Shown in pieces: positions 1-23,600 of a DNA stretch of 64,000 nucleotides; position 1 is the stretch's first letter; each line of letters begins with the position of its first letter. The DNA comes from Haliotis rubra (taxonomy: Eukaryota), in NCBI RefSeq assembly GCF_003918875.1, contig NW_025767019.1, positions 620,001-684,000 on the forward strand. Direction: 5' to 3'. A program made the translations under genes and the position numbers. The notes below the pieces were generated by a model that saw nothing but the letters and a program-made list of their open reading frames with translations, was not told the origin of the DNA and ran no database searches.

Positions 1-214
1 GTGTGTGTACATATACTGTATATATATACTTGTCTTAGGACTGTATCATATTTTGCTCTTTCTCTCACACACACATATATTTGACATCACATTTTTTCCC
101 CAAGCCTCCTCTCTATAATAAACGATCAGTGCCCTAAGTAATGTTCAAATTGATAACCTTTTCATTTGAAGAAAACAATACAGTTCTATGTGTGACGACA
201 TAACCCGGCACTGA

Positions 215-11180
<10,966 letters not shown>

Positions 11181-12328
11181 CTCTAAATATTTGACCTTTT
11201 AGCTGAGAACCACTGCATTTCCATCTTAATCCTGTAAGAAAGGAATCCCTGTTATAACATAAATTCTAGCATTAGTCTGTACAAATTCCCAAATTTGAAT
11301 TAAAAGCCTGCCCCATATATGACAGCAATATTATTAATGTTGTGACCTTGCAGATAAAAAAATATGATGAGGAAGAAGCTGTACTGAAAGGTTTTATAAT
11401 CTAAACTTGCAATGCTACAAATACAATACCTCTGATTATTGGGTAATGGGAACTATGCCATATCGAAAATCCAGTTCCATTTTGGGGTTGCCAATATACA
11501 AGTGCTAACCATGGATGCCTATGATTACAAACAATGTAGATGTTGTGGGTAGAGTCTGAAAAGAAATAATTATGCCTCTCTCAAACAGTTCAATAATTAT
11601 TTGTTTAAAATGGATTTTTTTAAAACAGTTGATAACTTTAAAGGTTAACAGAGCATTCAATACATTATATTGAAATTAAGTATTCACAGCCATTTATTGT
11701 TCCTGTTTTGAATGAAATGTAGGTCACCTCTGTCATATCTCCACTCCCATAACACTAGAAATGATAGGTTCTATGAAGTGGGCAATCTTAAATTCCAGTT
11801 CAGGAATCTAAGCAGACATTTGTTGCAGATCTGGGCTATGTGTTTGAGCAGGACAAAAAAAACCTAAGGATGTGTAACACTAAGTTACTGACTAAGGACA
11901 GAAGCTCTCACATGTTATTAAATAGATCTCTGTCTGTCCAACTGTTAAACACCTGGTAATGAAAATAGAAATCATAAACAAATGATCCATGGAATCCACT
12001 GAGTGAACGCTGGGGTCTCGAGTAGACTTCCTTGTGAAAGTAACCTTATTTAACATGAGATTCAACTTTTGACAGACTTTAAATTGATAAACAGATACTT
12101 GCAATCATACTTTAGACACTTCTGGGAAAGCATAAGACTTGAAAAGTCCAATGACACTGACACTGACAGGGCATATCTTTTTTGGCGAACGCTTCCTGGG
12201 TAAGTGTGTTTGGATGACCAACACTGGACAATGTGAGCTCCGTTGTAGATAACAACATGGACACGAGAATAGCGGTAAACGTTAAGAAATTACAAATTAC
12301 ATTGACGTGGATTCACCAAACTATCTAC

Positions 12329-12545
12329 CTTTTTATCCAACAATATTTCACCTCACACGAAAATCTCTACCCCTGTCCGGGTAAGTGTTGTGTTGAACGT
12401 CATCGATTAATGTGTTCAGTAACCTGTGCTTTTACAACTCAAATTACTCTTTCATTCACCCATCTTTCGGCACGGAAGGGAGAAAACTGGAGAAGAACAG
12501 TAATTGGAAAGCTGAAGTCATGTGACTTGCACAAAATGGCGGAAG
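12329..12545. promoter_or_regulatory. Putative bidirectional promoter between R3HCC1L (-) and the TIR-TIR-SLOG gene (+)
   Basis: Minus-strand donor AAAG|GTAGAT at 12329 (likely non-coding exon 1). Plus strand has GTCATGTGAC (CLEAR/E-box-like, 12517-12526) and CAAAATGGCG (YY1-like, overlapping ATG 12536). Local CpG enrichment. Confidence 0.55.
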
Positions 12546-14598
12546 GTGGGAAAGTTGAATAGCTCTGTTATTTACCAGCAAACGTTTGTTCTGATCATCA
12601 TGCAGTGTCATTAAAAATTTTTGATTCGTTTCATAGTAGCGATAAACAAATCATTCTTGTCTTTTCAGTAGGTCTCTATGCGGCATGGTAGATACTGGCT
12701 CCTGTCAGTGTCAAATTTGGCAACGTGGTTGTTGACAGAACATGTTGTGCAAGACTCTACTGGCTGCCGAACAGTTATCGCCGTATTTTAGCGGTACAAA
12801 ATTATTCCGCCAATCGTTAAATTAATGAAGCAGAATTAATTTTGATACTCAAGTAGCTATTCACCGATGTGTCCAGACCGTTCACTGCCGCCGATTGTGT
12901 ATTTATATAACGCGGCGGAAGGGAATCATGGCAGTACAAATCGATGTTTTCTCACAGCTAACTGTAAAAGTTATATCCAGTTTAGCATGTCTTATGTCAT
13001 TCGTGAAATATAATATATTCATATCATAAAGTAACCTAGAATAATTGATTGTGTGACTAGTTGAGTGGTTTTTTTAACAGTAGATTGATAGTGAGTGAAA
13101 CAATTAATGACTTTTGTGAACTTGAAATTGCTATTATATACATCGCGTGACATTCTCCCGACTAAGTTAAAAAAAAATATATGGTTCATAGCTTTATCTT
13201 TGATTTTTCTCTTATTTTACTTACCATTAAGAATTTTCTTTTGCAGTCCTTTATTGTTGTCAAATACCATGAGAATAAATACCGGAATTGTAATTGACCG
13301 GAACTGATTTATTGGCGATAACTGTTCGGCAGGTAGTAGCTGAAAACATTTTCCCAATAGATACAAACCACTAATGCTAACTGCTTTCGTCTGCAGCTCA
13401 AACATCAGTACAGATTCTTATATCCAAAAATATAATAAAGAAGTTTTCATCCATAAAGTATAATACCTTTCTTATTATTCATCAACTTTTGAAATGTCAG
13501 TCAAACAGATCATACACCACAGTCATTCATTCAGATGAAGAGTTTATTTAATGGCTCCTCATATGTACATAAGACTGGCTAAATATCATGAGAGTGGTGA
13601 CTGACAGAGACATCAAATCTAAAAAATTGAAGGATGTACTATTAAATCTAATTGAGGTTTTTACATTGATGACATGTGTTTGAAACAGAAATGTCAAAAT
13701 TATACATTGTTTTAAAACAAATAATCCAAAGGAATTTCCTTGTTATCCCCCTTTGTTATCCCTAATGTAATCATGACTACAAAATGTTGGCAACTGACTA
13801 TACTTAAGTAAGATCTATAATTCAGTATGTGGTAAATATGATCTGCAAGACCCATGAAGATCCGGGTTTGAATATTGGTCTTTAGTAACCCATGCTTGTC
13901 ATAAGAGCCTAATAACGGGATCGGGTGGTCAGGCCCTCTGACTTCGGTTGACACATGTCATGACACATATCCCAATTGCGTAGATCGATGCTCATGCTGT
14001 TGATCACTGGATTTTCTGGTCCAGACTCTATTATTTACACACTTATAGCTGGAATATTGCTGAGTACGGCATTTAACAACAAATCAACCAACCAACCTTT
14101 AACACAATATGTTGAAATACAAATTATTTGCTTGAAGAAAGTCCAGTATCTGTATCAGAGTGTTTGTGTTAGCCTGTGCTAGTATGTTGGCCTATGTTTT
14201 CAGCTGGAGAGGAGGCTGATGAACCACTGATTGTTGGTGTGTCTGTTGTGTGTGAGACCAGCATCCAACCACATCTAACACTAGGCTGCCTTGTCCTCAA
14301 AGAGTCCCAGAAATCTGAATCTCTCTCATCTCTTCGATGTCAGATAAATGCCCAAATAAGAAGTCTCCCATCTGAATACATCTTCGTCACATCTCACAGG
14401 TTCATAAGTCTTTGTGAATTTTGTCCTTTCATATTTAACTTTCAAGTGATTATGTTATAATCTGATAACAGCACATTATTGTATTACAAGGAATTTAGAT
14501 ATAGACAGAAGAAATGTTTGGTTATACTGTCTATTTGAATGGCAAAACTAACTCTTGTTGTTACTTACTTTCTTACTTACTTACTAGCCGTTACTAAA

Positions 14599-14631
<33 letters not shown>

Positions 14632-17600
14632 GGGGCGGTGGGGTAGCCTAGTGGTTAAAGCGTTGGCTCGTCACACCGAAGACCCGGGTTCAATTCCCCA
14701 CATGGGCACAATGTGTTAAGCCCATTTCTGGTGTCCCCCCCATGCTGAATATTGCTGTAAATAAACTCATTCAGTCAAACTTACTTACTTACTTACTTAC
14801 TTACACTCACTTACTTTANNNNNNNNNNNNNNNNNNNNNNNNNNNNNNNNNNNNNNNNNNNNNNNNNNNNNNNNNNNNNNNNNNNNNNNNNNNNNNNNNN
14901 NNNNNNNNNNNNNNNNNNNNNNNNNNNNNNNNNNNNNNNNNNNNNNNNNNNNNNNNNNNNNNNNNNNNNNNNNNNNNNNNNNNNNNNNNNNNNNNACTTA
15001 CCGCGTTGCTCTTAGCACATAAGGCCGTTACTAGAGTTTTCCAATGCTGTCTATCCTGGGCCCATTGCTTGCCCCTGTCCCCAGGTCCACCCTTCGTCCT
15101 TCATCTCTGCCTCCACAGATCTTCTCCATGTCTCTTTTTATCATAGGATATTTATATAGCGCACATATCCAGGCAACTAGTGCATGCTCAAGGCGCTGGT
15201 ATTTGTCCCCTCGATCATTGGATGTCAATCTCAACGTCACATCGTATTATCAATCTCAACTCCCTGGGGAGTATACAACTCTTGCAGCCACTAGGCGCAC
15301 CGAGTTATTGTGGTTTTCTCATCCTAACGAGCTAGCCATTCACAGCTGGGTGGACTGGGACACATAGTCACAGTACTTTGTCCAAGTTCACTGCACGTTG
15401 CTGTACCCGCAACTAGGTATTTACACGTATTCATGTGGCCACCATCTGGTCATATACCAACGGATTCATGGGTTCTTTTAAGTGCGGAGGGTTGTGTACT
15501 GTACACTAGGGGTTGCACACAAAGTTGACTCCAAGGTTGTTTTACACCCGGTCACAGGTGGGCTCGATCCTGACACCTCAACCTCGCTGGATCACTAGCC
15601 TGGCGCCTTAGCCAGCTCGCCCACCGCGCCCCCTTGGGACATCCTCTGTTTCTTTTTCCTGTTGGTGTCCATCGCATAGCAACCCTTGGTATGGAATCTG
15701 GGTGCATCCTGCAGACATGACCGATCCAACGCCATCTTCTCTTCTGGATCTCGAGGGACAGTGGGCTGGTGTCCGATAGTTCTTCATTTTAGACGGTGCT
15801 TGGCCAGAAGATGCAAAGTATTCTTCTGAGACATCTGGTTTGGAATACATCAAGTTTGTTGCAGATGTTGTGGGATATTTTCCAGGATTCTGCGCCATAC
15901 AATAGGACTCCAAGAATGTTGCTCTTGAAGATTCGCAGTTTGGTGACTGTGCTGATTGATTTTGACCTCCAGATGTTCTTCAGTGAACTGAACGCTCCGC
16001 TAGCTTTGCCTATTCCCGACTGTATATGTGCTTCTGAGTTGCCGGTGGCTGTGATCTTGCTGCCAAAATAAGAGAAGTCTTGAACTTTGTCAATGTTTGT
16101 ACTTCCAAGGGATACAGGCAGTGTAGATTTAGCATTAATCTTGAGGATTTTGGTCTTTTCAGTGTTGATCTTCAAGCCAATCGTTTCTCCTGTTGTGGCA
16201 AAGTCTTGTGTTTTGTTTTGGATGTCTTGGAAACATTGGGCAAGTAGGGCAATGTCATCAGCAAAGTCAAGATCTTCTAGACTCTTGGTGAATGTCCAGC
16301 TGATTCCTCTTTGCTTGCTCTTGGTGACTCTCTGTAGTATCCACTCCAAGCAGAGGGTGAAGAGGAGTGGGCATAAGCCTTGTTTCACTTCTGTTCTACA
16401 GCATTTTCATGATAGAGATTAGTTTGTCTGTGATCCCATAGTGGGCGAGGACTTTCCACAGAGTGGCTCTGTTAATACTGTCGAAGGCCTTGGAAAAGTC
16501 TATGAAGTTGGCATAGATGGTTGCGTTCCATTCGTTACTTTGTTCTTCCTTTCCTGAAGCCAGCTTGTTCTTCTCGCATGAGCGTGTCCATGGTTCTCGA
16601 ACGTCTGTTGAGGATTACTCGGCTCAGTACTTTGCTGGTGACAGAAAGCAACATTATCTCTCTCCAGTTGTTGCAGTTGGTCAACCCCCTTTCTTTGGCA
16701 GTTTTACTCATAAGTCTGTCTTCTAGGTCTCTGGTGCTTCTTCAGACTCCAACATGTTTGATATTATGTCTGTTAGTAGCGCTGGTATTACTGAGTCCTC
16801 TCCCTTGAGCATATCTGCATATATCTGGATCTTTCCTGGTGCTTTCCCGTTCTTTAGTGCCCTTATTGCTCTTTTCACCTCTTCAATGTTGGGTGGTTCT
16901 GTGCTGATGTCCAGCTGTCGGCTGCAGGTTTGATGTTTGCTTCTATATCTGGATCTTCCCGGTTCAGCACTTTCTCGAAGTGTTCTTTCCAGCATTGCAA
17001 GACTTCTTCCTCTTTGGACACAATGTTCCCTGTTGGTGTCTGACTGGTCCAGCTGCAGTTTGGCATTTCCCTGAGTGTGTCTTGGTCAGTCTGTGGAGGG
17101 TTTTCATGTCTTGTTTGGATGCTGCTTGCTCGGCTTCCTCTGCTATTCTTTCAATGTTATTTCCTCTTGTCTGATCTTGCTCCCTTTTTCACTTCTTTGT
17201 CCAAAGCTTTATAGCTTGTCTGCAGTTGTTCTTTTAATCTCTGCGACCTGGTGCCAAGGATTTTCCTCTTTTCTTCTTGTTGTTTCAGGATTGATAATTT
17301 CTTTTACACCATTAGATGTTAATTCCTTAAAAGTTTGGGTCGTCTGACTGTGATATAGAGTTGACTTGTATTGTGTCTTCCTGCCACTAGGTGGCCTGTT
17401 GAGAGAAGTCAGGAAAGCTCACTTCATCTTCAACACATTTTGACTCCAGAGGAGCTGTATGGATCAGCAAGCAATATGGTAGGTCACTGTGTTGTTTTTC
17501 ATTCACAAGGTCTTTGAAATATGGATGAAATACTCCCAATATGATGTATTATTTAAATTTAAACTCACTCTTTATATATCTATTAGTTTAAGGAGCCCCC

Positions 17601-20600
17601 AGTTTACACTGTGGATTTGTGCTTCTTGCTAGTAACTGCTTGTTCTATTCCCATATTTGCTTTATGATTTGTGTGTGTGGCAGAACCATGCCTTCTCATT
17701 TAATGGTTTTACTGAAGTGGTATTAACATCTGAAACTTGTGTTAGTTGAACTTTTGTTGAACATTATGCTGACAACACCAAATGCCATTAAACCAAACTC
17801 ACTCACACATGTGACAGAGCTTCATGCAAGCTTCATTGTCAACCTTCAACAGATAAAACAAGACTTGAAAATGTATCTGATCCCGGCCATTTGCCTGTTT
17901 GTCTTGTACCATTGTGTTTTGACAATATTGGTCTCTTTTTAATAAAGCATATGACTTTATGGATAACAACTTCTTGTTTACTGCTAGAGTGGCGTTTGCG
18001 GTGTAGATTCTTACACCATTTTCAAGTCTACAAGTGTGATATATTTTGGTCACATGAACAGGGAGTATATTCATCACTCTGTTACTGTTATTCAATATTA
18101 TTCCAGCAAAGCCAAAGATTGGAATCAAAGCTAAGACTGGCATGGCCCTGGGCTTTGTGTTTACAGACTTCACCAGCAGACTGTCCAGTCTTCGACAGGC
18201 CATCAACCAAGAGGTGAAATATGTCCCTCACACATCAGTGATGACATCAGTACATTGAGAATATGGCACAAAATTATAGGATAAGATCCAGTGGAAGTGC
18301 TGATAAATTGGTTCACCCATCAAATGGAAATTTGCTTGACCAATCCTGGACAGTAGAAACTAAATTCAGCAATTTGGACTGGAGGGTATACCTAAATATG
18401 GTGCGATATTTGCAGTTGGATAAAATGGTTCTGTCCGTCTTGAAGCTTTTTAATATGTCTTATGTACAACTTTTGGTTGTGAGAAAGAAAACAATGCAGA
18501 ATAAAAAAAGTACAGAGAATGGAAAATATTTTTCATCATGAATACCCTACATTTTATATTTTCTTTAAGACATTTATGGTTTCCTCCAGAGCTGGGTTTT
18601 CCTTCAAGCGTCACATCAATGTGGCAAAAGACAGTAACATTGATAGTGATTAATGTCCAAATGGATTTTGTGATGTGATGTGATGTATTGGGAATAAAAA
18701 TTGAATCATGCAAGTCGGACAGTATTATTTGATGTCTGAAGATGACAATGGAATGTTCATCCATATTTCAGTTAGCATTTTTTTGTGGGATTCCAAACAC
18801 CTACATGTTCTTGGATCCAAACGGTTGGCCGATTAGCAAGAGCCTGGAGTCTGATTGGTCAGTTCTTGACGTTGTCGTAGATGGCTGTGTTGTTGTGTGT
18901 GCAGACACCATGTCCATGGATATGATAGAAAACAAAAATGATATTGATCTGTTTCCCGCCTTCGAACCTCCCCGCAAGAAGATCAGAAGGTATTTATTAA
19001 TATTTGTTGTTCATGAGTAACTGGAGCATTGTGTAGGCAACCTGTGTAATCATGCGAACCCAATAGTACTGAATTGTTTGGAGGACAACTGAAAACTCAA
19101 TGATTGATAGTCAAAGACGGATAACCCCAAATCCACAAGTGTAGCTTGACAAGGGAGGTAACTCTGTGGGTAACCCTTGAAATGAGGATATTGTAACAGA
19201 TATGCTAGGTGAAGATTACATGTAATATAATGGAGAGTGAAAATTAGAATGCACTTTTCCACTATCTATAACCTAATTTGTCATTTTTCTGGTTTTAAAA
19301 GACTAAGACAGCTGAGTTTCCGCACATCGAAGGATACAGATCGGCAGTCGAGTGTTGATGTGACGGAAGTGACTGACACGTCACCAGACACGAAGCAGCT
19401 TCTCATCAGCTATGTTACGTGCCGAAGCTGCTGACCATGCCCTCAAGTTGAAGGAGGAGTTGTCTGTCCTTGGATTTAGCGTGTATTTGGTATGATGATA
19501 CATTTGAACATAGAGGTGATGAGATATTTCAGCAGAATTAAATCACATCTACTTTATTTTTACATGATTTCCTTCATGTATGTTCTATATTTAGGTATTT
19601 AATTACACATTCAACTCAAGCCCAAGCCATAGTTATATTTCTTGAGAAAGTATGAAACCTGTCCATTCTTTGACCTGTAGTTTCCAACTGATTCAGTATT
19701 GTGAAGCCGATCCTAAGTCTGTAGGGTGTAAACTGCCTCTAAGCTGCTTCTGTGCTTCTTTCAGGACGTCCATGAGATAAAGAGTGGAGTAGACTGGCAG
19801 GACTCCCTAAACGATGCTGTCAGCAATTGTGAGGTGTTTGTGCCCCTCGTTACACCGAGATATGGCGAGACACAGTGGACAAATAGAGAGGTGGGTGCTG
19901 CTTGGTGTATACATGTATAGCTAAATGACTGGTTCATCTCTTTCAGTCTCTCACACAAATCATGATTGGCGCATACAGTCATTTATGCAGAGCTGATTTT
20001 GTTTAGTAGGTGTCATCAAAGTACCACAAACACTGGTTTCTGAAGCCACACCAAAATCAGGAAACAAAAATGCTGGCTTACACAATGTTTGATTTTTGTG
20101 ACTTGTTTTAAACATATTTTATTCGTGAGAAAAGGATTGGGAACAAGTTATACAACTTAGAACACCCTCTCCGTAGTATTTACATAGTATTATTTACATT
20201 CATTCTACAAGATGGACAGAGAAGAACAGAACAGAAATATGGGAAAAAGAGGAACAATTGCAACAATTAAGAAAATCGTTTTGAATGACAAATATATGTT
20301 TGAACAATTTTAAATATGTTTTGATTTATGTGAACAGTCAGATCTGCATTGCCATGTAATAGTAACTCATAGGTTATATCCACATTTTTGTGACTTCACT
20401 GCAAACAGAATCTAAGTCTGCTGAAACTAGCATCACCCATTAACCACCAACATTAAACTCCTTGACAATTGTTGGTGCATGCATGCAGACAAAATCTGAA
20501 TCTGCTGAAACTAGCATCACACCATCAACAGCTAACATAAATTCTGTGACCACCCCAGGTATAAACTTGCTGACTTGCCATTGCCTGCTCTAGGTGAAAC

Positions 20601-23600
20601 TGGCAGACGTGTTGGGCAAGTATATACTCCCGGGTCAACTTCCTGGACACTTGGCCGCCCCGATGTCTGGCAATACAGTTCGCAACAACACAGTACATCT
20701 GTTGGAAGTCTCCAGCTCAGATACAGACAGGTGGGTTGCCAGGATCAGTGCCGATACTCTCAACACTCACTCTTTTAATAAAGTTTAAGTCAGACCTGTC
20801 TATGACCATTTTTCAGACATTTGTTTCAAAATGCCATGAAAATTGGAACACAGGTGGTGGTGCTCAGTCATGTATATTCCATCTTTTGTCGTATTATATA
20901 ACATTTTGGCCTGTGCACTTTTCACCGTTTTGAATGCTGAAACTTACGGCTTAGTAGTGATATTAAGGTTGACTTTTGCTCTTGCTCTTTGTCTATGTTA
21001 CAAAAATGCATTTTAGCTCAAGAACTTAATCTCCTGAAATTGATGGACTTCATACAGGGATTTACAGGACGCGAATTCCTGCATCCTATATGCATAAAAA
21101 ATTGACAATGGACGCAACCAAATTTATTAGCGCGTCCACAGGGACTCAGAAAAAGTACAAATACTATTTGTAAAAATTCCAATCAAGTGACAATAAGTTA
21201 TCGGTGAGTTTGCTATTAGCTGGGTTATGGTAATATTTGCAATTTAATTACTGTAACAATGTGATGATCATGATACACAATACAATAACGGTATTAATAA
21301 TAATATTTAAGAGTCTGGGACACCCATTTTGTTGTCCAGGACCCCTGAAAATTAGTATGAGTATGAGTCCCAGGGATCCTCAAATACAGAACCCCATGTA
21401 AATCCCTATTGATAGAGCTTAGCATCTGCTTGTATCTTTCTCCTAAGTTTGACATCATATTTGATGAACCTTTCAGGTTTTGGTAAGAGTTTTTAGTCCT
21501 TCAGTAAATTGTTATCACTTCTGACTGCAATTTTACTTTCTTGACATTTTCAAACTGTTAACTACATATCTAGGTGAGCTACAGTGATTCTATTGTTCAT
21601 TCTTCCTCTCGTACTACCAATGTCTCTCATTAAACAGGAAATTGTTTGATGGATATTGATTTGCCATAAGTAATGAGTCTGCTTGTAATTCTTGTACAGA
21701 GGTGGATCAGGGGAAGGGCTCTCAGGCCACAGACATCCGCATCTGGGACAGAGGGTATATAGAACAAACGGCCAGCCAGATTGGAGAGAGGCTAGAGCAA
21801 CTCAGACAGGGAGTGATGAACAGAGTTCCCTCCCTTACCCGCCGGGTAAGTACAAGCTTGCTCATATGCTTAGGCTGATCCTAGAGAGGCAATGTGGTTG
21901 TGTTTCTCTCTATTTTGTTTCGTTATTTTGTTCTTTATAGGGATTCCAGCAGAATAGGGTCCTGAGACCTCCTTTCTGACAAAAGAACTAACTTGTATGG
22001 GGAGCAGGGCCACCTCGAGGGTGTTGAACGCAATTGTTTTTACCAGCGTAAACCTTTTTAGTCTCCATTGTGTCAGACATTGGTGTTGTCACACTATCAA
22101 GGGGAGATTCTTGAGAGGCATTTAGAAGTTGGTGAATATATAAGACGAGTATATGGATGGCAACTTCTTGTTTATTGTATAACACAACGCTTCTGGGCTA
22201 CTTTTTGCCCCTTCATCAGGTAATTCTAATCACGTGAACAAGGGGCAAGAAGTAGCCCAGAAACAATAAACAAGAAGTTGCCATCCATATACAAGGGGAG
22301 ATATTCAAGGAGAGATTTGTGTGCGGAGTTGCTGCCCTTAGTCATGGGTTTGAATTCCGGATTGCCCTTAATATGTGTTTTGTTTTACCCAAGCCATACA
22401 CATGTTTGTGGGTTTATACTGAAGTGGTAAATGTTTAAAACCTGCACCATTTCTAGCTTCCCTGAAATGTCAAGCTGTGATTGTTTTAATGGAGTTAAAC
22501 CCAAATGACTCACTCACCCATTTGACCACTGGTTTGTCTGGTCCAGGCTTATTGTACTGTAGCTGACCAGGATATTACCCATAGTACCTGACTTATTCTT
22601 ACTTAAGCCTTACTTAATATCAGTTTTGATTTTTATGTATTTTCACAGAAACTGTTGGCATATGTCTGTAGGATCTCACTATGTAATATCTCTTCGGCAG
22701 AAAACTCTGATGAAAACATTTGCCGGCAAGCTGCCGGAGGGCATCGTCAGTATAGACGAGTCTGTAAACGGGGAGAAGGCGTTGGTTGTTATCTGTGTGC
22801 ATCCCAACCAAACTGCATTTGTAAGTATAGATGTCATAACTGGCGACTTGTACATGTTACAGCGAGCAGCTTATTCATTTCATGACTAGCAATTATATCA
22901 CCGGTATGTCCTGACTAGCAGAATTTACAAAGCTTACTTACTGCCTCGGTTGTGCAGTGGATAGAGTATGTTGAAGGTCAGTGGTTTAATTCTGGTTGTG
23001 TGATGCTTACAGAAGTTGTAAGAGTCTTATGTTGTGGGGTAGACACATTAAACTGAGCCTAACATGGTCTAGTGGTCTAACGCTATAAACCCAGAATACA
23101 TCTGGGCGAGCACAAGTAGCCACACTCACATGTAGGTGAATGCAGGCAACCATCTTTATAGCGAATATGCTTGTAATGAACTCAGGGATATAACTAACTA
23201 AGAATACACAATGCCATTTAGAAAGTGCTCTGAAATTCAAACCCTTACTCTCAAAGTCAGGTACCTACTCCCCAGCACAGAAAGTCAGCAATCTAACCCA
23301 ATCTGCCACCTCGGCTTCCATTTAATGGTTCCACTGTGTTGACATATGTCATCATATCCCAATTGCGTAGATCGATGGTGATTATGTTCATTACTAGACT
23401 TGTATATTTACATGTAGCAGGAATATTGCTTAGTGCAGTGTTAAGCAACAAACAAACCTCATACATGTTGTCTGTCCACAGGCTAAGAACCTGTGGCAGC
23501 TCCTTGAGGGGGCGGGGCTGGGGGTGTGGTGTACAGCAACACACAAACCTCATACATGTTGTCTGTCCACAGGCTAAGAACCTGAGGCAGCTCCTTGAGG

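Noticed and set aside
13849-13930. Structured 5' head of SINE family 2 (tgaagatc/ggtcttca hairpin, gggtt/aaccc pairing) as a ribozyme
   Set aside because: It could not be fitted to HDV-like, twister, pistol or hammerhead topologies by hand.
14632-14705. tRNA gene candidates (also ~48470, 50060, 57028)
   Set aside because: They have A/B boxes but no proper acceptor stem, and most continue into a shared SINE body.
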